DNA from: Thermoanaerobaculia bacterium
GTDB taxonomy: Bacteria > Acidobacteriota > Thermoanaerobaculia > UBA5066 > Gp7-AA6
DNA length: 64,000 nucleotides
Direction of reading: 5' to 3'
Assembly: GCA_036493875.1 (NCBI GenBank)
Contig: DASXPB010000028.1
Span: 64,409-128,408, forward strand
The notes beneath the pieces are model-generated. The model was not told the origin of the DNA. It searched no databases and was given only the letters and a program-made list of their open reading frames with translations. The translations under genes and the position numbers were made by a program. Numbering within the stretch: the stretch's first letter is position 1; each line of letters begins with the position of its first letter. This document shows, piece by piece, positions 59,895 through 64,000 of the stretch.

Positions 59895-60467
59895 TCAGGT
59901 CCGGGCGATCGCCCGGACCTCGATCCGCCCTCCGTGCTTCACGTGCGGGCAGGTCCGCGCCACGGCGACCGCGGCATCCAGGTCCGGCGCCGAGATGACG
60001 AAGTAGCCGCCGAGGGGCCAGCCCGACACCGCATCGGGCGGACCCAGGACGCGGCCCTCGGACCGGAGCTTCTCCCCCGCGATCTCCCGTCCTGCGGCGC
60101 GGACGCCGCGGGCCCAATTCCGGTACTCGTCGACGCGCGTCTGCATCTGCGCGTCGGTCAGGGCCTTCTCGTCGGGCGTGTCGTAGAGGAAGAGCGCGAA
60201 GCGAGGGAGCGCCGAGGCGGCGGCGTTCGGGTTCGGGGCGCCGCGCCGGAGTCCGACGGCGACGCCCAGTGAGAACAGAACGACCGCCGCCGCCGCCGCG
60301 AGGAGACGACTCCGCCCGACGGATCGGCGCCGGGCGGCGACCAGCCCGGCCTCCGAGAGCCTCGTCACCGTCGCCGCCTCGAGCGCCGCGGGCGGCTCGG
60401 GACCGTCCGCGAGCCCGCGCAGCGCGCGCCGTTCGGCGTCGCCCAGATCCGGTTCGTCCGTCTTCAT
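59895..60467 (-). CDS. single-pass membrane protein with extracytoplasmic YCII/DGPF-like domain; anti-sigma candidate by position
   Basis: Short cytoplasmic N-terminus, TM helix LLAAAAAVVLFSLGVAVGL, then FALFLYD...YRNWARG...LGGYFVISAPDLDAAVAVARTCPH. The ATG 60467 overlaps the sigma-factor stop (ATGA). Confidence 0.65.
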   Translation of the reverse strand: MKTDEPDLGDAERRALRGLADGPEPPAALEAATVTRLSEAGLVAARRRSVGRSRLLAAAAAVVLFSLGVAVGLRRGAPNPNAAASALPRFALFLYDTPDEKALTDAQMQTRVDEYRNWARGVRAAGREIAGEKLRSEGRVLGPPDAVSGWPLGGYFVISAPDLDAAVAVARTCPHVKHGGRIEVRAIART

Positions 60468-61081
60468 GTCCGCCTCCCTCCCAGGCGCGCGCGCAGCGAG
60501 CGACGCGCCCGCGACAGCTGGCTCTTCGAGGTCCCCTCGTCCACGTCCAGGAGCTCGGCGATCTCGCCATGCGTGTGGCCGTAGACGTCGTGCAGCAGAA
60601 TCGCCTCGCGGTATCCGAGGGAAAGATCCCCGAGCGCGCGCTCGAGGTCGATCCGGTCGATCTCGCCCTCGGTCGGCGGAGAGATGGCCGCGAGGACTTC
60701 GAGATCCTCCGGCCGCTCCTCTCCGCCCCGTCCGCGCCGCCGGCACTCCTCACGCCACCAGCGGATCGCGATCCCGGCGAGCCACGTCGAGAGCGCCGAA
60801 CGCCACGCGAACCGCTCGAGGCTCCGGCACGCGCGCACCCACGTCTCCTGGACTCCCTCCTCGGCGTCCGCGGCGCGACCCGTCAGGCGGAGCAAGAACC
60901 GGTACAGCCGGGCGGAGTGCCTCTCGTAGAGGTCCCGGAACGCCGCTTCGTCGCGCCGCGCCAGGAAGCGGGAGACGAGGGGGCGGTCCGCATCCCCACC
61001 TCCGGATTCCGCGACGCCTTGACTCGCGGCCTTTGCCCCGACGTTCACGGCTTCCGCGTCTGAACGATCTCCTCGAGCCAT
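60464..61081 (-). CDS. ECF-type RNA polymerase sigma factor
   Basis: Region 2: FRDLYERHSARLYRFLLRLTG...AEEGVQETWVRA. Region 4: YREAILLHDVYGHTHGEIAELLDVDEGTSKSQLSRARRSLR. Start is ATG 61081 or GTG 61048; the latter would give a GTGA overlap with the upstream stop. Confidence 0.85.
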   Translation of the reverse strand: MARGDRSDAEAVNVGAKAASQGVAESGGGDADRPLVSRFLARRDEAAFRDLYERHSARLYRFLLRLTGRAADAEEGVQETWVRACRSLERFAWRSALSTWLAGIAIRWWREECRRRGRGGEERPEDLEVLAAISPPTEGEIDRIDLERALGDLSLGYREAILLHDVYGHTHGEIAELLDVDEGTSKSQLSRARRSLRARLGGRRT

Positions 61082-61575
61082 CTCTCCTTCCCGTCCTGAT
61101 ACCAGGTCCAGCGAGAGCGTACGCGGTCGTCGGCCTCGAAGGTGAAAACCGCCCTGTCCATGTGCCCCCTGTCTCGCGTCGGGATGTTCGCGCCGTCCTT
61201 GAAGGTGAAGACGACCGTGCGCCCGCCGTCGGCGAACGCCGTCGCCTCCAGCCGCGGCTGGTTCTTCGCCACACAGTAGTGCGTCAGGAGGAGGCGGTCC
61301 CCGTCCAGGTAGAACGCGGTCGCCATCGCCTCCCCCGGATGGGCGTCGAACGAGGTCTCGAGAACCGTCGAGCCGGCGGCGATCGACTGGTAGCGCAGCG
61401 ACTCGACCCAGCCCCTGGTGCTGCGGCCCTCCCACGCGCCGTCGAGACCCCGGAACCGCTGAAAGGCGGCCCGGGCGAGCTCGGGAGTGGCCGGAGTCGT
61501 CGGCGCGAGCCCCTCCTCTGCCGCCATCGCGGAGGCGGCGAGCAGGCCGGCGAGCAACGCGAAGATCGAACGCAT
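61045..61575 (-). CDS. secreted hypothetical protein (LLLTHYCVAKNQPRL motif; beta-rich)
   Basis: Signal peptide MRSIFALLAGLLAASAMA. Coding bias is good. Family not confidently recognised. Confidence 0.65.
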   Translation of the reverse strand: MRSIFALLAGLLAASAMAAEEGLAPTTPATPELARAAFQRFRGLDGAWEGRSTRGWVESLRYQSIAAGSTVLETSFDAHPGEAMATAFYLDGDRLLLTHYCVAKNQPRLEATAFADGGRTVVFTFKDGANIPTRDRGHMDRAVFTFEADDRVRSRWTWYQDGKERWLEEIVQTRKP

Positions 61576-61644
61576 GGGAGCCCTCCTCTCCTCCGTGTGT
61601 GGCGGGAGGGGGCGAAAGGGTTGCACCGGCGCGCGCGACGCGCC

Positions 61645-62856
61645 CTAGAGCTTGCGGATGCCGGCGCCGACCGGGCGCAGCAGCACGAAGGCGCCGACGC
61701 CCACCATGACGAGCCCGTTGGCGATCAGAACCCGCGGGGCGGTGACCATCGCCGCGACCAGACCCGCGAGGAGATTCCCGAGCGGCATCGCGCCGCGGAA
61801 GGCGAGCGAATAGACCGAGACGACGCGTCCGCGGAGCCGGTCCTCCACGTTGGCCTGGACCAGCGTCATGAACATCGCGAAGACCACCATCAGGGAGGCG
61901 CCGGCGAGCGCCAGCAGCACGTACGAGACGATCCGGGTGCGGGACAGCGCGAAGCCCGCCATCAACGCGCCAAACGCCATCTGCATCGCCACGGCGACGA
62001 TTCCCTTTCGGCGCACGTTGCCGATCCAGGCCGTCCCCACCGCGCCGCCGATCGCCCCGAGTCCGAACGCCGCGAGGAGCACGCTGTAGCCCTTCGCGTC
62101 CTGATGAAAGACGCTCTTCGCGAAGACCGGCAGGAACGTCACGAGCGGCATGGCGCAGAAGCTGCCGATGAAGCCGAGCGCCACCAGGCCGCGGAGGCCC
62201 TTGTCATCGATGACCGTCCGAAGTCCCGTCCGCAGGCTCTGGAGCACGGTCTCCGTAGACGGCGCGGACACCATCCCTCCCCGCCCGAGCAGGGAGAGCG
62301 CCGCGATCGGCGCGAGGAACGAGACCGCGTTGAGCCCGAAGCATGCGGCCGCGCCGAGCTTGTAGAAGGCGACGCCGGCAAGCACCGGACCGATCACGCG
62401 CGCGAGGTTGAACTGGATCGAGTTCATCGCGACCGCGTTGGGCAGGTCCTCCTTGTCGACGAGCGTCGGGATCAGCGCCTGGTAGGCGGGGCCGCCGAAG
62501 GACTGCGCGAACCCGACGACGAACGACAGCGTGAGGATGATCCACACTTGGATGTGTCCCGTCAGGATCAGGGCCGCGAGCAGGATCGCGCTCGACATCT
62601 GCACGGCCTGCGAGCCGAGGAGGATGCGCCGGCGGTCCATCCGGTCCGCCAGCACGCCTCCGAAGAGCGAGAAGAGGAGGAACGGCGCATCGCCGAGGAA
62701 CGCGTCGAGGCCAAGCAGCGCGGTCGACCCCGTCATCGTGAGGATGAGCCAGTTCTGCGCGACCTCCTGCATCCACGTGCCGACGCTCGACGTGAAGGCG
62801 CCTGCCCACATCAGGCGAAAGTCGCGGTATGAGAACGCCTTGAAGGTGCGTCGCAA
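61645..62856 (-). CDS. MFS transporter (EntS/MFS_3-like)
   Basis: FRLMWAGAFTSSVGTWMQEVAQNWL...GGVLADRMDRRRIL. 12 TM helices. Confidence 0.85.
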   Translation of the reverse strand: MRRTFKAFSYRDFRLMWAGAFTSSVGTWMQEVAQNWLILTMTGSTALLGLDAFLGDAPFLLFSLFGGVLADRMDRRRILLGSQAVQMSSAILLAALILTGHIQVWIILTLSFVVGFAQSFGGPAYQALIPTLVDKEDLPNAVAMNSIQFNLARVIGPVLAGVAFYKLGAAACFGLNAVSFLAPIAALSLLGRGGMVSAPSTETVLQSLRTGLRTVIDDKGLRGLVALGFIGSFCAMPLVTFLPVFAKSVFHQDAKGYSVLLAAFGLGAIGGAVGTAWIGNVRRKGIVAVAMQMAFGALMAGFALSRTRIVSYVLLALAGASLMVVFAMFMTLVQANVEDRLRGRVVSVYSLAFRGAMPLGNLLAGLVAAMVTAPRVLIANGLVMVGVGAFVLLRPVGAGIRKL

Positions 62857-62964
62857 CCCGTCTCCTCTTCCTCGTCGTCTTCCGCGGTCCTGAGACTACG
62901 CGACGGAACGCGGAGGCCCTGCGATATATTCGCCCACGTTTCCGTACTGCCGCGAGGAGGCCCC

Positions 62965-64000
62965 GTGAATCGCGAAATGACGCCTTCGATCAAGCTTTCG
63001 CGAGGCTCCGGGCTGATCCGAATCGGCTGGGCGGTGTTCGTGCTGATCTCGACGGCGGGCGCGGCGCCGCCCCCGAAAGCGACGTTCGAGCCCACGCCGA
63101 CGCTGAAGGCGTCGGATTTCCTCGACGCTCCGATGCTCCGCGGCGACAACTTCGCCGTCGACGAGAAGGTCACGAACGACGGCCTCTTCAACACCTACAC
63201 GATCCAGTCGGCTTTCGGCACGTTCCAGCCCCGGAGCACCACCCTTGCCAAGGTTCGGATCCACGAGGTGGGCGCGATCGCGCAGCTCAAGGAGGTCGAC
63301 AAGGTCGCGGTCGCGGCGGGCGCCGCCCTGAACCAGGTGGAGCAGATGGGCGAGGGCACGCTCCACCTGATCACAAACCCGGCGGAGACCGCCCAGGGGA
63401 TCGGCGACGCCGCCACGCGGCTGTTCAGCCGGATCAAGCGGTCCGTGAAGCGAGGTGAAGAGAAGGTGGGCATGTCCGGACCCAACAAGGGAGATGCCGA
63501 CAAGTCCTCCGGCGCCAAGGTCGCCACGACGACGCAGGGCGTGGCGAAGGACCTGCTCGGCGCGCACCGCGCCCAGCGCGAGTGGGCCGCCAAGCTGGGC
63601 GTCGACCCTTACACACACAACCCGGTGCTGCGCGACGAGCTCGAGGAGGTCGCGGACTACGACGCCGGAGGCCGTTTCAGCACCAAGCTGCTTCCGATCG
63701 GCATCGTGGGCACCGTGCTTGGCAGCGCCAAGACCGTCAACAAGCTGATCTACGAGGCCGAGCCTGACGAGCTCCAGACTCTCATCGAGACCAAGCTCCA
63801 GGAGATGAACGTCCCGGACGATGACAGCCGCAACTTCCGCCTCAACACGCATTACACGCTGTCCATCCAGGCACGTCTCGTCGCGTCCCTCACCCTTCTC
63901 CCCGAGACCACCGGACGCCCCGAGTACGTCGCCCAGGCTTCGAACGCCGAAGCGGAAGTCGACGCCCGATTCTTCCAGGAGGGGGCGTACATGATGGAGC
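62965..64000 (+). CDS. hypothetical secreted/membrane-anchored protein; 3' end outside window (absent from the ORF track because no stop is reached)
   Basis: My own translation from GTG 62965 (GAGGAGG 4 nt upstream; ATG 62977 is an alternative start). It reads VNREMTPSIKLSRGSGLIRIGWAVFVLISTAGAAPPP...NDGLFNTYTIQSAFGTFQP...AQREWAAKLGVDPYTHNPVLRDELEEVADYD.... The frame is open to nt 64000 with strong GC3 bias. Confidence 0.6.
   Translation, partial: MNREMTPSIKLSRGSGLIRIGWAVFVLISTAGAAPPPKATFEPTPTLKASDFLDAPMLRGDNFAVDEKVTNDGLFNTYTIQSAFGTFQPRSTTLAKVRIHEVGAIAQLKEVDKVAVAAGAALNQVEQMGEGTLHLITNPAETAQGIGDAATRLFSRIKRSVKRGEEKVGMSGPNKGDADKSSGAKVATTTQGVAKDLLGAHRAQREWAAKLGVDPYTHNPVLRDELEEVADYDAGGRFSTKLLPIGIVGTVLGSAKTVNKLIYEAEPDELQTLIETKLQEMNVPDDDSRNFRLNTHYTLSIQARLVASLTLLPETTGRPEYVAQASNAEAEVDARFFQEGAYMME

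Overview
This is a 64-kb chromosomal segment of a bacterium, roughly 70% GC by eye. The domain inventory (a giant GWxTD-like/VWA protein, PEGA- and GAF-linked Hanks kinases, DUF1579/DUF885/DUF3501 families) suggests an Acidobacteriota-like lineage, but that is inference only. I support about 60 protein genes and one tRNA-Ala(CGC). I saw no rRNA, CRISPR array, transposase, integrase, phage gene or recognisable defence gene. Content is mostly core and metabolic: folK (partial), cysteine desulfurase plus mnmA, maf, efp, gcvT-H-PA-PB, selD, rtcB, msrA, a complete 4-hydroxyproline catabolic operon, a PerR-rubrerythrin operon, GGDEF and HD-GYP enzymes, two Ser/Thr kinases and an ECF sigma module. 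The ORF track is heavily contaminated by long antisense or alternative-frame ORFs (a GC effect) and by 5' extensions. I trimmed starts using homology blocks, signal peptides, RBS-like sequences and a very consistent NTGA stop/start overlap habit. Many starts are GTG or TTG and remain approximate. Main points from the hunt: (1) A secreted thioredoxin-fold/TPR gene has TGA at the first Cys position of its WCxxC motif, which makes it a candidate UxxC selenoprotein. The ORF track splits it in two, and selD lies 15 kb away. (2) STRR-like heptanucleotide tandem arrays occur at three loci. One encloses the maf start codon in a long hairpin, and one forms an in-frame linker that fuses two dehydrogenase subunits. 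(3) An FHA/zinc-ribbon protein is wedged between the cysteine desulfurase and MnmA. (4) The hydroxyproline operon is led by a secreted DUF885 metallopeptidase-like gene, and the glycine-cleavage operon is translationally coupled to a secreted HExxH protein. (5) tRNA-Ala 3'-end duplications sit next to rtcB. (6) TAGAAT -10-like boxes recur 7-10 nt upstream of start codons, suggesting leaderless transcripts, including selD. All functional calls come from reading motifs by eye; no database search was possible.
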